A stretch of DNA of 39,842 nucleotides from Candidatus Methylomirabilia bacterium (GCA_046758965.1 JBHIBG010000016.1:1-39842); one strand, 5' to 3'; counted from the first letter of the stretch, positions 18,887 through 29,919 are shown. The notes: generated by a model not told the origin, from the letters alone. Made by a program: numbers and translations.

Positions 18887-20841
18887 CGCGCCCCCTGCTC
18901 GGCGAAGACCTCCACCCCGCGGATCCGCACGTCAGCGCGGATCGTGGCGGTCCGGCCGTCCTCGTAGGTCACCTGGGCTTCCACGCCCACGTGATCGCGA
19001 TCGGAGTAGAGCCCCTCGATGAGGGGCGCATACTTCTGGGCGATGAACCCCCGCCGGATTTTTCTGGTCCGCGTGATCTCCTCATCGTCCGGATCCAGTT
19101 CCTTGTGGAGGATCAGATACCTTCGGATCTGAGCGCCCCTCAACATCTCCTCCTCGAGGAGGCTCCGGTTCGCGCGGGCCACCTCCTGCTCGATCAGGTC
19201 ATAGACCTCGGGCTTCTGGGCCAGGTCAGTGTAGCTGGTGTAGGCGAGGTTCCGGCGCTCGGCCCAGTTGCCCACGGCCTCCATGTCGATGTTGATCAGG
19301 GCCGCGACGTACGGCCGTTCCTGGCCGATGCACACAGCCTCCTTGATGTACGGCGAGAACTTGAGCTTGTTCTCGAGGTACTTCGGGGCGAACATCGTGC
19401 CATCCGCCAGCCGGCTCACGTCCCTGGCGCGGTCGATGATCTTGAGGTGGCCCTCGTGGTCGATGAACCCGGCATCCCCTGAGCGCACCCAGCCATCTTG
19501 CAGGGTTTCGCGGGTCGCGTCGGGGTTCCGATAGTAGCCCTGGAAGACCCCGGGACTCCGGTAGAGCACCTCCCCCTGCTCGGAGATGCGGATCTCGACC
19601 CCGGGCAGCGGCGTGCCGGCGGTATCAAGTCGTACGTCGCCGTCCTTCTGAATGGAGACGAGCGCGCTGGATTCTGTCATGCCGTAGACCTGCTTGAGGT
19701 TGATGCTCAGCGAGCGGTAGAAGGCGAAGATCTCCGGGCCCATGGCCTCGCCGGCGGTGTACGCGAGTCGGATGCGCCTCATCCCGAGGTTGTCCCTGAG
19801 CGGCCCGTACACGAGAAGCCGGCCCAGCGGGTAGAGGAGAGAACGCCAGAGCGGAACCGGCTGGCGGTTGAGCCGCCGCCGCTCGATCTCCTGCGCCAGG
19901 CTGAGGAAGAGGTGGACCATCTTCCGCTTGATCCACGCCGCGTCCTCGATACGGATCATCACGTTGGTCAGGATTCTCTCCCAGATGCTGGGCGGAGCGA
20001 AGAAGTACGTCGGGCCGATCTCCTTCAGATCGTGGAGCACGGTGGCGGCGCTCTCCGGGCAGTTGGTGGTGAAGCCGGTGATGATGGACTGGGCATACGA
20101 GAAGATGTGGTCGCCGACCCAGGCCATCGGCAGGTAGGCCAGCACCTCGTCGCTATCTCGGAGGCCCTCCCGCTCGATGGCGTTGCGGGCCGTTACGATG
20201 ATGTTCCGGTGAGAGAGCATCGTGCCTTTGGGATTGCCGGTGGTCCCAGAGGTGTAGGCGATGATGGCCAGATCCTCGGCCTTCCCCTTGGCGACCTCAG
20301 CCTCGAAGTAGCCAGCGTTGTCCAGGCCGAACTTCTTTCCCAGCTCCCGGACCTGCTCCAGGCTCATCAGGAACGGGTCGCTGTAGGTCTGTAGCCCGCG
20401 GGGGTCCTTGTAGATGATGTACTCGAGGCGGGGGCACTCGGCCTTGACGTGAAGGAGCTTGTCGACCTGCTCCTGATCCTCGACCACGGCGAAGCGGGCC
20501 TCGGCATGGTCGATGATGTACTGCATCTCCTTCTCGACGGAGTCCTGATAGAGCGCCACCGGGACGCCGCCGAGGGCCTGGGTCGCCGCCATCGTCCAGT
20601 AGAGCTCGGGGCGATTGTCCCCGATGACGGCCACCTTGTCGCCGCGCGCGAAGCCGAGGGCGGCCACGCCGAGCCCGATGAGGCGCGCCTGTTCGAGATA
20701 GTCCTGCCAGGTGTACGACTGCCAGATCCCGAAGTCCTTCTCGCGGATCGCGACCTTGCGCGGCAGGCGGTGGGCATTCAGCGATACCAGTCTCGGGAAG
20801 GTGTCCGCATCCGGGCTCAACTGGTACGTGGGAGCGCTCAT
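18883..20841 (-). CDS. Long-chain acyl-CoA synthetase / AMP-binding protein (cassette 1)
   Basis: YTSGTTGNPKG, YGMTE, SGDAG, IDRARD and TRTRKIRR. Confidence 0.92.
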   Translation of the reverse strand: MSAPTYQLSPDADTFPRLVSLNAHRLPRKVAIREKDFGIWQSYTWQDYLEQARLIGLGVAALGFARGDKVAVIGDNRPELYWTMAATQALGGVPVALYQDSVEKEMQYIIDHAEARFAVVEDQEQVDKLLHVKAECPRLEYIIYKDPRGLQTYSDPFLMSLEQVRELGKKFGLDNAGYFEAEVAKGKAEDLAIIAYTSGTTGNPKGTMLSHRNIIVTARNAIEREGLRDSDEVLAYLPMAWVGDHIFSYAQSIITGFTTNCPESAATVLHDLKEIGPTYFFAPPSIWERILTNVMIRIEDAAWIKRKMVHLFLSLAQEIERRRLNRQPVPLWRSLLYPLGRLLVYGPLRDNLGMRRIRLAYTAGEAMGPEIFAFYRSLSINLKQVYGMTESSALVSIQKDGDVRLDTAGTPLPGVEIRISEQGEVLYRSPGVFQGYYRNPDATRETLQDGWVRSGDAGFIDHEGHLKIIDRARDVSRLADGTMFAPKYLENKLKFSPYIKEAVCIGQERPYVAALINIDMEAVGNWAERRNLAYTSYTDLAQKPEVYDLIEQEVARANRSLLEEEMLRGAQIRRYLILHKELDPDDEEITRTRKIRRGFIAQKYAPLIEGLYSDRDHVGVEAQVTYEDGRTATIRADVRIRGVEVFAEQGAR

Positions 20842-20863
20842 GTAGGTCCTCTCCCTCCCGTCG

Positions 20864-21667
20864 TCAGGGTGTCCTGGCTGTCCTGCCGATGATGGTCCTG
20901 CCGGGGTCGATCTCCTCCCTCAGGATCCTCAGCTCCTGCTCAGTCGGTGGCAGAAGCTCGTCCACACTGGCGGCCACCGCGGGCTTGAACTCCATCTCAG
21001 CCAGCACTTCCTCCGGGGTACACCCGCGGAGCACGCCCAGAAGCGTCATTATCCGGGACTCCTCGTCGAATCCGAACAGCGCCCTGGAGGTCACCACGCG
21101 CCAGGGCCCGGTCCCCACGGGAAGCCCGGCCCGGTCGCGGACCCCAGGCGTCCCATCAAGATAGCCCGGGGAAGTCACGAAGTCCACATGGGGCACGAAG
21201 CGCCGCTTCTCGTGCATCATGATCACGATTGTCTTCCAGCAGAACGACGCCACCTCGTTGGCGCCGCCGGAACCGGGAAAACGCTTCCTCGGCCTCGCAT
21301 AGTCCTCGCCGAGTAGCGTGGAGTTGATGTTCCCGTACATGTCGATCTGGGTGGCGCCGAGGACCCCGTAGTCCACCAGCCCTAGCTGGGCCTGGGCGAA
21401 GATGTGGTTCATGTCCGTCCAGGCAATGGAGCGGTAACAGTTCGAGGGCCCGCCCATCGTGTTGCGCACGAAGGGCGTGAGCGGAGTCGGCCCGATGGCG
21501 CCGAACTCGAAGATCTGGACGAGCTGGGGAGCATGGATACGCTGGGCCAAAATGGCCGCCACCTGGGGGAGCCCGAACCCGATGAACGTGGTCTTCTGGT
21601 CCTCCAGAAGCCGCGCGCACTGGGCAATCATGAACTCCGCCTCGGTGAAGTCTCTCGTCATGGTCAT
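20864..21667 (-). CDS. CoA-transferase subunit B (glutaconate CoA-transferase GctB/CatJ-like)
   Basis: FIGFGLP, IFEFG (catalytic Glu), LGATQIDMYGNINST, PGSGGANEVAS and VDFVTSPGY. Start is at ATG 21667 or 21661; the ORF-track extension to 21739 runs into a hairpin element. Confidence 0.88.
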   Translation of the reverse strand: MTMTRDFTEAEFMIAQCARLLEDQKTTFIGFGLPQVAAILAQRIHAPQLVQIFEFGAIGPTPLTPFVRNTMGGPSNCYRSIAWTDMNHIFAQAQLGLVDYGVLGATQIDMYGNINSTLLGEDYARPRKRFPGSGGANEVASFCWKTIVIMMHEKRRFVPHVDFVTSPGYLDGTPGVRDRAGLPVGTGPWRVVTSRALFGFDEESRIMTLLGVLRGCTPEEVLAEMEFKPAVAASVDELLPPTEQELRILREEIDPGRTIIGRTARTP

Positions 21668-21675
21668 CTCATCGA

Positions 21676-21834
21676 CAATTTCGGACGGGTCCTGTCGGCG
21701 GCCAGCCCCACCGTGCTCACTCCCGCAGGCCCGGGGCACGATCTTGGTTGTTAGCCATCCCCGAGCCCGTGCGGCCTGTCGCGGTGCGCTCCCCGCGGTG
21801 GGGCGCCCCGTCCGCCGCCTCCCATCCGAAATTG
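21676..21834. repeat. About 160-nt nested inverted-repeat element between the CoA-transferase subunit genes
   Basis: Arms CAATTTCGGA (21676-85)/TCCGAAATTG (21825-34), GCCCCACCG (21705-13)/CGGTGGGGC (21796-804) and CAGGCC (21726-31)/GGCCTG (21773-78). Confidence 0.65.
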
Positions 21835-21850
21835 ACCCGTCCCGGGTCGG

Positions 21851-22819
21851 TCACCGGTATCCCTCCTTGACAGTAGCTCGGCGCCGGAGCCCGTTGAGGC
21901 GAGCCAGCCCGACCCGTTTCTCCAGCATCTCTACGTCCGACTCCACGCTATAGATATAACTGTCCAGGTACGCCTTGAGATTCCCCTGCCGCTCCAGCGC
22001 GGTGTAACCCCCAAAGTGCTCATGGTCCATCTCGTAGACTCCGGGAAGGCCGCCTGGATAGGCTCCGAACGGGGCATACACCACCGCGTCAACCAGATAG
22101 TACGGGATCGTGGTCTTGCCAGGATCCTTCCGAATGTCATCGTGGTCGACGATTTCGTCGGCGGAGATGATGACCTTCCTGGAGGCCATGGCGGTTTCGA
22201 GGGGAGAGACCCCAGGGCCAAAACACCTCGCGTTTCCGTAGACATCGGCCTGGTGGACGTGGATCAACCCCACGTCCGGGGAGAGAGCCGGCACCAGGGC
22301 GACCGGCTTCCCCCCGAAGGGATCCCGGACCACCTTGGCTCCGGAGTATTTGAGGGTGTCTGAGCCCAGGAGGGCGCGGGTGGGGAGGAACGGCACGCCC
22401 ATGCCGGCTGCCAGGTGGCGCAGGGTCAGGGTCCCGTTGGTCCACTCGGTGACCTTGACGCGCCCCTCTTCAACGGCCCGGTTCAGCGTCTCGCCGAGCC
22501 CCATGAACCCAACGTCGATCCGGGAGCAGGCGCCTGCTCCCACCAGGAGCGTAGACTCCATCAGCGTGAATTTGGCGCAGTACCAGAGATCGCGCCGAGC
22601 CTGGCGGATGATCTCCCGGATCAGGATGAGGGGGCCGCGGGTAAAGGAGGAAAAGTCGAAGGAGACATACTCGCCGTCGGCGACGAACCGGCTGACGGCC
22701 TCCGACGGGGGGAGAGTCTTGTCCACGAAATCCCGGCGCTTGCTCTCGCGCATCCAGGATCGGATGGTGTCCGGGTCCGTAAAACGATATTTGCCTATTC
22801 CTGAGGAGAGAAGCTCCAC
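21851..22819 (-). CDS. CoA-transferase subunit A (GctA/CatI-like)
   Basis: AGMGVPFLPTRALLGSD, PDVGLIHVHQADVYGN and VDAVVYAPFGAYP; adjacent to the B subunit. Confidence 0.88.
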   Translation of the reverse strand: MELLSSGIGKYRFTDPDTIRSWMRESKRRDFVDKTLPPSEAVSRFVADGEYVSFDFSSFTRGPLILIREIIRQARRDLWYCAKFTLMESTLLVGAGACSRIDVGFMGLGETLNRAVEEGRVKVTEWTNGTLTLRHLAAGMGVPFLPTRALLGSDTLKYSGAKVVRDPFGGKPVALVPALSPDVGLIHVHQADVYGNARCFGPGVSPLETAMASRKVIISADEIVDHDDIRKDPGKTTIPYYLVDAVVYAPFGAYPGGLPGVYEMDHEHFGGYTALERQGNLKAYLDSYIYSVESDVEMLEKRVGLARLNGLRRRATVKEGYR

Positions 22820-22859
22820 CTCACCCCCCTGTCAGGGCGCCCGTCGTCAGTGCTGCGGC

Positions 22860-22889
22860 AGTCTACCGGAAGCGCGACGGGTCTGTCAA
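22860..22889 (-). promoter_or_regulatory. Putative sigma70 promoter TTGACA-N18-TAGACT for the CoA-transferase/ABC operon
   Basis: -35 at 22889-22884 and -10 at 22865-22860, about 40 nt before the GTG at 22819. Confidence 0.6.
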
Positions 22890-22966
22890 GGACCACAGGG
22901 ACTTGGCCAACACCTGACTGAGCTACAGGCAGGCTAGAGGCGAGCTGTCGGGGCCGGTCTGACCTC

Positions 22967-24112
22967 TTACCGGAGCCTGAGGATCTCCCGGGCGATGACC
23001 ATCCGCTGGATCTCGGAAGTCCCCTCCCCGATCTCGGTGAGCTTGGCATCGCGGAAGATTCGCTCCACCGGGAAGTCGCTCATGTACCCGGCTCCGCCGT
23101 GGAGCTGGACAGCCCGGCTGGCCGCCCGCATCGCCACCTCGGAGGCGAACACCTTCGCCATCGAGGCCGCCTGCCTGGCGGGCTGCCCCTGGTCCCTCAG
23201 GGAGGCCGCGCGAAGCGTGAGGAGACGCGCCGCCTCAACGTCCGTCGCCATCTCCGCCACCATTCCCTGGAGGCCGTTGAACTCAGCAAGCGTTTTCCCG
23301 AACGCCGTCCGCTGCCTCATGTAGGCCACCGAGGCATCGAGAGCCGCCTGAGCCAGCCCCACGGCCATCGCCGCCATGGCGACCCGCCCCCCCTCCAGCA
23401 CCCGCATCGTGTCGACGAATCCCTGGCCGAGCTCCCCCAGAAGGCGCTCTTGGGGCACCCGCACGTCGTCCAGGACCAGCTCGACGGTGTCGGAGGCATG
23501 GAGGCCGAGCTTGTCGTAGCGCTGGCCGACGCTGAAGCCCGGCATTCCCTTCTCGAGGATGAAGGCCGAGACCCCCCTGCTGCCTTTCGCCGGGTCTGTC
23601 ACCGCCATGACCACCGCGTACCGGCTCACGCCCCCGTTGGTGATGAACGCCTTACTCCCAGTGAGGATGAAGTCGCCGCCATCCCGGACCGCCCGGCTCT
23701 TCATGGCCGCGGCGTCAGACCCCGACCCGGACTCGGTGAGCCCCCATGCCCCCAGCGCCTCCCCCCGCGCCAGAGGGAGCAGATACTTCCGCTTCTGGGC
23801 CTCGCTGCCGAACAGGGAGATGTGGTTGGCACAGAGGGAGTTGTGGGCCCACATGGTGATGCCGATGGAGCCGTCTGCGCGGGAGAGTTCCTCCACCGCG
23901 AGGGCATACGAGACATAGTCGAGGCCCGCACCCCCGTACTCGGCGGGGAACAGGGCGCCCATGAATCCCAACTCACCCAGCTTTTTGATGATCTCGTGCG
24001 GGAACTCGCGGCTCCGGTCGTAGTGGCCAGCCACCGGGATGATCTCGCCTTCGGCGAAACCCCGGATCACGCGCCGCACTTCTCTCTGCTCCGCCGTCAG
24101 CTCAAAGTCCAT
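22967..24112 (-). CDS. Acyl-CoA dehydrogenase (short/branched-chain type)
   Basis: [34 protein letters not shown] and [10 protein letters not shown]. Confidence 0.93.
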   Translation of the reverse strand: MDFELTAEQREVRRVIRGFAEGEIIPVAGHYDRSREFPHEIIKKLGELGFMGALFPAEYGGAGLDYVSYALAVEELSRADGSIGITMWAHNSLCANHISLFGSEAQKRKYLLPLARGEALGAWGLTESGSGSDAAAMKSRAVRDGGDFILTGSKAFITNGGVSRYAVVMAVTDPAKGSRGVSAFILEKGMPGFSVGQRYDKLGLHASDTVELVLDDVRVPQERLLGELGQGFVDTMRVLEGGRVAMAAMAVGLAQAALDASVAYMRQRTAFGKTLAEFNGLQGMVAEMATDVEAARLLTLRAASLRDQGQPARQAASMAKVFASEVAMRAASRAVQLHGGAGYMSDFPVERIFRDAKLTEIGEGTSEIQRMVIAREILRLR

Positions 24113-24118
24113 TGGGTA

Positions 24119-24532
24119 TCAGCCAGCCCCGCCGGCCGGACGGATGTTTTCTCGGACAAACTGGATGATGGTCTGAGTGGAGGTCCCCGGCGTGAAGATC
24201 TCCTTCACCCCCAGCGCTTTCAGCGCGACAATGTCGTCGGGCGGGACGATTCCACCCCCGAACACCACGATGTCGTCGACCCCCTTCTCCTTCAGGAGCT
24301 CCACCACGCGCTTGAAAAGGTAGTTGTGGGCGCCGGAGAGCACGCTCAGCCCGATGGCGTCCACATCCTCCTGGATCGCCGCCGCGACCACCTGTTCCGA
24401 GGTTTGGTGGAGCCCCGTGTAGATCACCTCGAAGCCGGCGTCGCGGAGGGCCCGGGCGACAATCTTGGCCCCCCGGTCATGGCCATCCAACCCCGGCTTG
24501 GCGATCAGCACGCGGATCTTCCGCTCGGCCAC
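24119..24532 (-). CDS. Cobalamin-binding small subunit of an acyl-CoA mutase (IcmB/MCM C-terminal domain)
   Basis: [11 protein letters not shown] (DxHxxG B12 ligand motif), [14 protein letters not shown] and FTPGT. Confidence 0.93.
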   Translation of the reverse strand: MAERKIRVLIAKPGLDGHDRGAKIVARALRDAGFEVIYTGLHQTSEQVVAAAIQEDVDAIGLSVLSGAHNYLFKRVVELLKEKGVDDIVVFGGGIVPPDDIVALKALGVKEIFTPGTSTQTIIQFVRENIRPAGGAG

Positions 24533-24560
24533 GCGCTCCCTCGCTCTACCCCGTCTTTTC

Positions 24561-24626
24561 CCGGAGGGGGGCTCGCGCCCCCCTGCCGGATCTCCCCTCG
24601 GGGGTTACGCGGCCCAAGCCGACGCT
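24561..24626 (+). repeat. Composite REP-like double-hairpin element, copy B
   Basis: CCGGAGGGGGGC-tcgc-GCCCCCCTgCCGG-atCTCCCC-tcg-GGGGTTACGCGGC-ccaa-GCCGACGC, with the same architecture as 5555-5631. Confidence 0.55.
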
Positions 24627-24661
24627 GGCGCTTCGTACCCGCACCTTCTGCTCCGCCACCT

Positions 24662-25078
24662 CTAGCCCCCTTGGAGTATCCGGCGGATACGCTCGCCAAT
24701 CTTCATGATCTGGGTCCTGTCCCCCGGCACGAGCTTCCAGTCAAAGCCCTTCCCATCGTTGTTCCAGCGCGGGATGAGGTGGATGTGAAAGTGCGGCACC
24801 GACTGGAAGGCCGCCTCTCCGTTGGCCTGGAGCAGATTCATCCCGTCAGGGTGGACCGCCTGCCGGATCGCGTCCGCCACCGTCTTCACCGTGGCCATGG
24901 CCGCGGTCAGATCCTCCACCGTCGCATCGAAGAGGGTGGGGGTGTGGGCCTTGGTCGCCACCAGGCAGTGGCCGGAGTTCAGCGGGTTGATGTCCATGAA
25001 GGCGAGGGTCCGCTCGTCCTCGTAGACCTTGAACACGGGAAGCTCACCTTTACGGATCTTGCAGAACACGCAGTCCAT
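24662..25078 (-). CDS. HIT family hydrolase
   Basis: MDCVFCKI, FMDINP and QSVPHFHIHLIPR histidine triad. Confidence 0.93.
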   Translation of the reverse strand: MDCVFCKIRKGELPVFKVYEDERTLAFMDINPLNSGHCLVATKAHTPTLFDATVEDLTAAMATVKTVADAIRQAVHPDGMNLLQANGEAAFQSVPHFHIHLIPRWNNDGKGFDWKLVPGDRTQIMKIGERIRRILQGG

Positions 25079-25099
25079 AGGACCTCCGGTGTCCGGGCA

Positions 25100-26770
25100 T
25101 CAGAAGATGATCGGCTCCTGGTAGCGGCCGAAGGCCTGGCGGTACACGTCCGAGATCTCGCCGAGGCTCACGTAGTCCTTCACGGCGTCCACAAGCACCG
25201 GCATGAGGTTGTCGCCGCTCTCGCAGGCCTCAGCGATCTGCTTGAGCCGCTTCTCCACGCGCGACTGGTCGCGCGAGGCCTTGCGCCGCTTGACTCGTTC
25301 GATCTGCTCCGGCTCCAGGGCCTCATCGATCCTGAGGTAGGGGATGGGGCTCTCGTTCGCCATCACGTACTTGGTGACGCCGACCACGGTCTTCTCGCCG
25401 CGGTCCTCCATGAGCTGGTAGCGGTAGGCGGCGTCGGCGATCTCCTGCTGAGGGTACCCCAGGTCAATGGCTCGGACAATCCCGCCCAGCTCATCGACCT
25501 TCCTGATGTAGCCCCAGGCCGCCTCCTCCATCTGATCGGTGAGTCGCTCCAGATAGTAGGACCCTCCCAGCGGATCAATCACCAGCGGGACACCGGTCTC
25601 CTCCGCGATGATCTGCTGGGTGCGGAGGGCGACTGTTACCGCTTCCTCGGTGGGAAGGGCCCAGGTCTCATCGTAGGAGTTGGTGTGCAAGGACTGGGCG
25701 CCGCCGAGCACCGCGGCCAGGGCCTGGAGCGCCACCCGCGCGATGTTGTTGAGCGGCTGCTGAGCAGTGGCTGACACCCCGGCGGTCTGGGTGTGGGTCC
25801 TGAGTCGCAGGGACTCGGGCTTCCTCGCCCCAAAGCGCTCCTTGAGCACCCGCGCCCAGATGCGACGAGCCGCCCGAAGCTTGGCGACCTCCTCGAAGAA
25901 ATCGCTGTGGATGTCGAAGAAGAAGCTCAGACGCGGCGCGAAGGTGTCCACGTCGAGGCCCCGCTCCACACAGGCCCGGACATAGCCGATCCCGTCAGCC
26001 AGGGTGAAGGCCAGTTCCTGGACCGCGGTGGAGCCCGCCTCGCGGATGTGGTAGCCGGAGATCGACACAGGGTTGAACCGGGGCACGTACTTGGAGGTGA
26101 ACTCGATCATGTCCACCACAATCCGCACCGCGGGCTCGGGGGGACAGATCCACTCCTTCTGGGCGGTGAACTCCTTGAGCATGTCATTCTGCATCGTGCC
26201 CCCGACCCGCTCCCAGCTGACCCCCTGCTTGTCCGCCACGGCCAGGTACATCGCCAGCGCGACGGAGGCCGTGCAGTTGATCGTCATCGAGGTGGTCACC
26301 TGGCCGAGGGGAATCCCGTCGAAGAGGCGCTCGAAGTCCTCCAGCGTGGAGACCGACACTCCCTCCTTGCCCACTTCTCCTCGAGCCCGGGGGTGGTCGG
26401 CGTCGTAGCCCATGAGGGCGGGCATATCAAAGGCGGTGGAGAGGCCGGTCTGCCCCTGTTCGAGGAGGTATTTGAAGCGGGCGTTGGTATCCTCCGGCCG
26501 TCCGTAGCCGGCGAACATGCGCATGGTCCAGAGCCGACCGCGGTACATGCTGGGATAGACCCCCCGGGTGTATGGGAACTCACCGGGAAAGCCCAGCTTT
26601 GTCTCGTAACCCCACTCTCCCAGGTCTGCCGGAGTATAAAGCGGCTGGAGCGGGATCCCGGACAGGGACTCAGGGCGCACGGGGCGCGCCGGGGACTTCC
26701 CGACAAACGGCCCGTACGTCTCCGCCTCCCACCGCGCTTTCGACCGCTCGATCCGCTCGCGATCGCTCAT
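25100..26770 (-). CDS. B12-dependent acyl-CoA mutase large subunit, isobutyryl-CoA mutase (IcmA)-like
   Basis: [45 protein letters not shown] and [10 protein letters not shown]. Phe and Gln occupy the positions of MCM Tyr89 and Arg207. Confidence 0.9.
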   Translation of the reverse strand: MSDRERIERSKARWEAETYGPFVGKSPARPVRPESLSGIPLQPLYTPADLGEWGYETKLGFPGEFPYTRGVYPSMYRGRLWTMRMFAGYGRPEDTNARFKYLLEQGQTGLSTAFDMPALMGYDADHPRARGEVGKEGVSVSTLEDFERLFDGIPLGQVTTSMTINCTASVALAMYLAVADKQGVSWERVGGTMQNDMLKEFTAQKEWICPPEPAVRIVVDMIEFTSKYVPRFNPVSISGYHIREAGSTAVQELAFTLADGIGYVRACVERGLDVDTFAPRLSFFFDIHSDFFEEVAKLRAARRIWARVLKERFGARKPESLRLRTHTQTAGVSATAQQPLNNIARVALQALAAVLGGAQSLHTNSYDETWALPTEEAVTVALRTQQIIAEETGVPLVIDPLGGSYYLERLTDQMEEAAWGYIRKVDELGGIVRAIDLGYPQQEIADAAYRYQLMEDRGEKTVVGVTKYVMANESPIPYLRIDEALEPEQIERVKRRKASRDQSRVEKRLKQIAEACESGDNLMPVLVDAVKDYVSLGEISDVYRQAFGRYQEPIIF

Positions 26771-26831
26771 GCCTTCCTCCTCCGACCCGCGGGGGGCGCC
26801 GGGCGACCGGCTACCCCCTGGACCGCCGCAT

Positions 26832-27977
26832 CTACTTTAAGCCAAGCACGTGGCGGGCGATGACCAGTTTTTGGATCTGGGAGGTCCCCTCATAGATCTG
26901 GGTGATCTTGGCGTCCCGGAAGAAGCGTTCCACCTGATACTCCCTGATGTACCCGAAGCCGCCATGCACCTGGATGGCGTCGGTGGTCACCTTCATCGCC
27001 ATCTCCGAGGCGAAGAGCTTGGCCATGGAGGCCTCGGTGCTGAACGCAAGACCGCGATCCTTCAGGGTGGCCGCCCGCCAGGTCAGAAGCCGCGCCGCGT
27101 CGATGGTGGTAGCCATGTCGGCCAGCATCCACTGGACCATCTGGTGCTGGGCGATGGGCACGCCGAACGCCTTCCGTTCCTTGGCGTAGGCGACGGAGAG
27201 CTCATACGCTCCGGCGGCAATCCCGAGGGCCTGGGCAGCGATGCCGATGCGCCCCCCATCCAGGGCGGTCATCGCGACCTTGAACCCGTCTCCCTCCTCG
27301 CCGAGGCGGTTGTCTCTGGGGACACGGCACTCCTCGAAGACCAGTTCGGCCGTGTCAGAGGCCCGGAGCCCCAGTTTGTCCTCGCACTTGGCAACGACAA
27401 AGCCCGGCGTCCCCTTCTCGACCAGGAAGGCCGAGATCCCCCGATGCCCTTTGGCACGGTCTGTTTGGCAGAACACCAGGGCGACGGAAGCCTCCCGTCC
27501 GGTGGTCACGAAGAGCTTGCGACCGTTCAGCACGTAATGATTCCCATCCCTCGCCGCGACTGCGGACTGATTGCTGGCATCGGAGCCCGCCTGCGGCTCG
27601 GTCAGCGCGAAGCAGCCGATCTTGGACCCGGACGCGAAGGGTGTGAGGAACCTCCGCTTCTGCTCCTCGGTCCCGAACTTGAAGACCGAATCGCAGTAGA
27701 GGGAGTTGTTGACCGACATGATGACGGCGTGTGAGGCACAGGCCTTGGCTATCTCCTCCGTGGCCAGCGCGGAGGCCAAGGCGTCGGCCCCGCTGCCGCC
27801 GTACGCTTCGGGGATGGCGATCCCCATCAGCCCCAACTCCCCCATGCGCTTGACGGTCTCGAGGGGGAAGCGACCCTCGCGGTCGAGGGCATCGGCCACA
27901 GGCTTCACGTCCTTTTCAGCGAACTCCCGCGCCAGGGCCTGAATCATCTGCTGTTCTTCGGTCAACTCAATCTTCAT
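26832..27977 (-). CDS. Acyl-CoA dehydrogenase (butyryl-CoA dehydrogenase-like)
   Basis: [32 protein letters not shown] and [10 protein letters not shown]. Start taken as MKIELTEEQ (ATG 27977). Confidence 0.93.
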   Translation of the reverse strand: MKIELTEEQQMIQALAREFAEKDVKPVADALDREGRFPLETVKRMGELGLMGIAIPEAYGGSGADALASALATEEIAKACASHAVIMSVNNSLYCDSVFKFGTEEQKRRFLTPFASGSKIGCFALTEPQAGSDASNQSAVAARDGNHYVLNGRKLFVTTGREASVALVFCQTDRAKGHRGISAFLVEKGTPGFVVAKCEDKLGLRASDTAELVFEECRVPRDNRLGEEGDGFKVAMTALDGGRIGIAAQALGIAAGAYELSVAYAKERKAFGVPIAQHQMVQWMLADMATTIDAARLLTWRAATLKDRGLAFSTEASMAKLFASEMAMKVTTDAIQVHGGFGYIREYQVERFFRDAKITQIYEGTSQIQKLVIARHVLGLK

Positions 27978-28020
27978 AGACCCCTCGGAGGGCGGCTTCG
28001 CCCCCCCTTTTTTCATCACT

Positions 28021-29010
28021 TCACCCGCCAAGGAGCCGCTTAAGCTCTTGAGTCAACAGGGGCGCGACCTCGAAGAGGTCGGCGACGATTCCGTAATCGG
28101 CGATCTTGAAGATGGGCGCCTCGGGGTCCTTGTTGACAGCCACGATGACCTTGGAGGTCCGCATGCCCGCCAGGTGCTGGATCGCTCCGGAGATCCCGAA
28201 GCCCATGTAAAGCTGGGGGGAAACGGTGCGTCCGGTCTGGCCGACCTGAAAGCGGTGGGGACGCCAGCCGGCGTCCACCGCTGCCCGAGAGGCTCCGACC
28301 GCAGCCCCGACCACCCGGGCCAGTTCCTCGAGGAGCACGAAGTTCTCCGGTCCCTTGAGCCCGCGCCCGCCCGAAACCACGATCGCGGCTTCCGTCAGCT
28401 CGGGCAGCCCGGTGGAGGCCTCCTCCCGGCGCTCGACGAGGGCGAGAGCAGCGGGGGGGACAGCCACTGAGGGCCGCTCCACCACCGGCGTCTTTCCCGG
28501 CTGGACCTCACCCGCCTTGAAGACGTTGGGCCGAAGCGTGGCGAGCCACGGTGTCCCGGCCCAGCCCACCTTGGAGAGCAGCTTTCCAGCGTAGACGGGC
28601 CGGGTCGCGACAAGATTCCCGTCTTGGAATGCGAACGCCACTGAATCGGCCGAGAGCCCGACGCCGAGCCGGGCCGCCAGTTGGGCCATCAGCTCACGCT
28701 GACGCCCCGTCACGGCGCCGAAGATGGCTTTCGGTTGCTCCCTGGCCGCGAGCTCGCCCACCACCGGTGTCCACACCTCACCCCGGTATGGCGCCAAGCC
28801 CGGATCTTCCACCAGCCAGGTCTTCTGGGCCCCCCATTCGGCAAGCTGTGCAAGTCCCGCTTCCTCCGCCTTGTTAGTCAGCCACACCGCTTCGACCTGG
28901 CCACCGGCCTGAGCCGTCAAGCGCAAGGCCTCGCCCAGCAGCTCGGCGGTCACCTTCTTGGGGCGACCCGCACGATCGTCTTCCACTATGCACCAGAATG
29001 CTCCCGGCAT
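28021..29010 (-). CDS. etfA: Electron transfer flavoprotein subunit alpha
   Basis: [37 protein letters not shown] and NKDPEAPIF. Confidence 0.95.
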   Translation of the reverse strand: MPGAFWCIVEDDRAGRPKKVTAELLGEALRLTAQAGGQVEAVWLTNKAEEAGLAQLAEWGAQKTWLVEDPGLAPYRGEVWTPVVGELAAREQPKAIFGAVTGRQRELMAQLAARLGVGLSADSVAFAFQDGNLVATRPVYAGKLLSKVGWAGTPWLATLRPNVFKAGEVQPGKTPVVERPSVAVPPAALALVERREEASTGLPELTEAAIVVSGGRGLKGPENFVLLEELARVVGAAVGASRAAVDAGWRPHRFQVGQTGRTVSPQLYMGFGISGAIQHLAGMRTSKVIVAVNKDPEAPIFKIADYGIVADLFEVAPLLTQELKRLLGG

Positions 29011-29060
29011 TGCGCTCTCCTCTTGGGCTTACGCAGGAGGCCTCTCTCCGGCCGCGCCTC

Positions 29061-29840
29061 TCAGATCGCCTTGGCCTCCTCGCGGAGGGATCTGACCAGC
29101 TCCTTGACTGCCTCGGTCGGCTCCCCAGGGATGATGCGGCCAGGCGGGCGAGGCGGGAGCGACTCCAGCGTGAGGACTCGGAGCTGCGGGCCTTCGGCGC
29201 CCAGGCCGAGGTCGGAGGCCTTGAGCTCTTTCATCTCCTTCCTCTTGGCCCCCATGATCCCCTTCAGGGTTGGGTAGCGAGGCTCGTTGAGCCCTTTCTG
29301 CGCCGTCAGGACGCACGGGAGGGGAGCGTCGAACACTTCAAGGGCGCCCTCCACCTGCCGGCCGACGCGGACGCTCCGGCCATCCTCGGAGACGGCCTCC
29401 TCCATAATCCACGACAGACAGGGCCAGCCCAGGAGTTCGGCCACCTGAGCACCCTGTGCCCCCATGTCGTCGTCGATCGCCTGGCGGCCGCAGAACACGA
29501 TGGCAGGTTGCTCCTGCCTGATCACCGCCGCGAGAGCCCGCGCCGTAGTCAGCGTGTCGGCGTTCTCCCAAACAGGATCATTCAGGTGGATGGCCCGATC
29601 CAGGCCCATGGCGAGGCAGCTCCGAAGAGCCTCCTTGGCCCGCTCCGGACCCACCGTGACGGCCACGATCTCCCCCTGGCCCCGCTTCTCTTTGACCCGA
29701 AGGGCCTCTTCCACGGCGAACTCATCGTACGGGGAGACGATCCACGTGATACCGGTGGTGTCAATCCCCCGACGGTCCGATCCCACCTTCATCTGGGTGG
29801 CGGTGTCCGGCACCTGCTTGATGAGCACGAGGATCTTCAT
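29061..29840 (-). CDS. etfB: Electron transfer flavoprotein subunit beta
   Basis: MKILVLIKQVPDT, PYDEFAVEEAL, GRQAIDDD and NEPRYPTLKGIM. Start ATG 29840. Confidence 0.95.
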   Translation of the reverse strand: MKILVLIKQVPDTATQMKVGSDRRGIDTTGITWIVSPYDEFAVEEALRVKEKRGQGEIVAVTVGPERAKEALRSCLAMGLDRAIHLNDPVWENADTLTTARALAAVIRQEQPAIVFCGRQAIDDDMGAQGAQVAELLGWPCLSWIMEEAVSEDGRSVRVGRQVEGALEVFDAPLPCVLTAQKGLNEPRYPTLKGIMGAKRKEMKELKASDLGLGAEGPQLRVLTLESLPPRPPGRIIPGEPTEAVKELVRSLREEAKAI

Positions 29841-29919
29841 CGTGTGCCTCCTGGAAGCATGGTCGGGAACGCTGCCGCGGTCAAGTTGGAGAGAATACTC
29901 CGACCAGAAATAACAAATC

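Noticed and set aside
23099..25774. 891-aa plus-strand ORF, and other long antisense ORFs such as 16378-18126 and 155-1210
   Set aside because: These are shadows of well-supported genes on the opposite strand in high-GC DNA and have no recognisable motifs.
26791..26818. GC hairpin with a GCGA loop between the acyl-CoA dehydrogenase and mutase genes, as a terminator
   Set aside because: It has no U-tract on either strand. It may be a REP-like or stabilising hairpin, but it does not clearly match the composite repeat.
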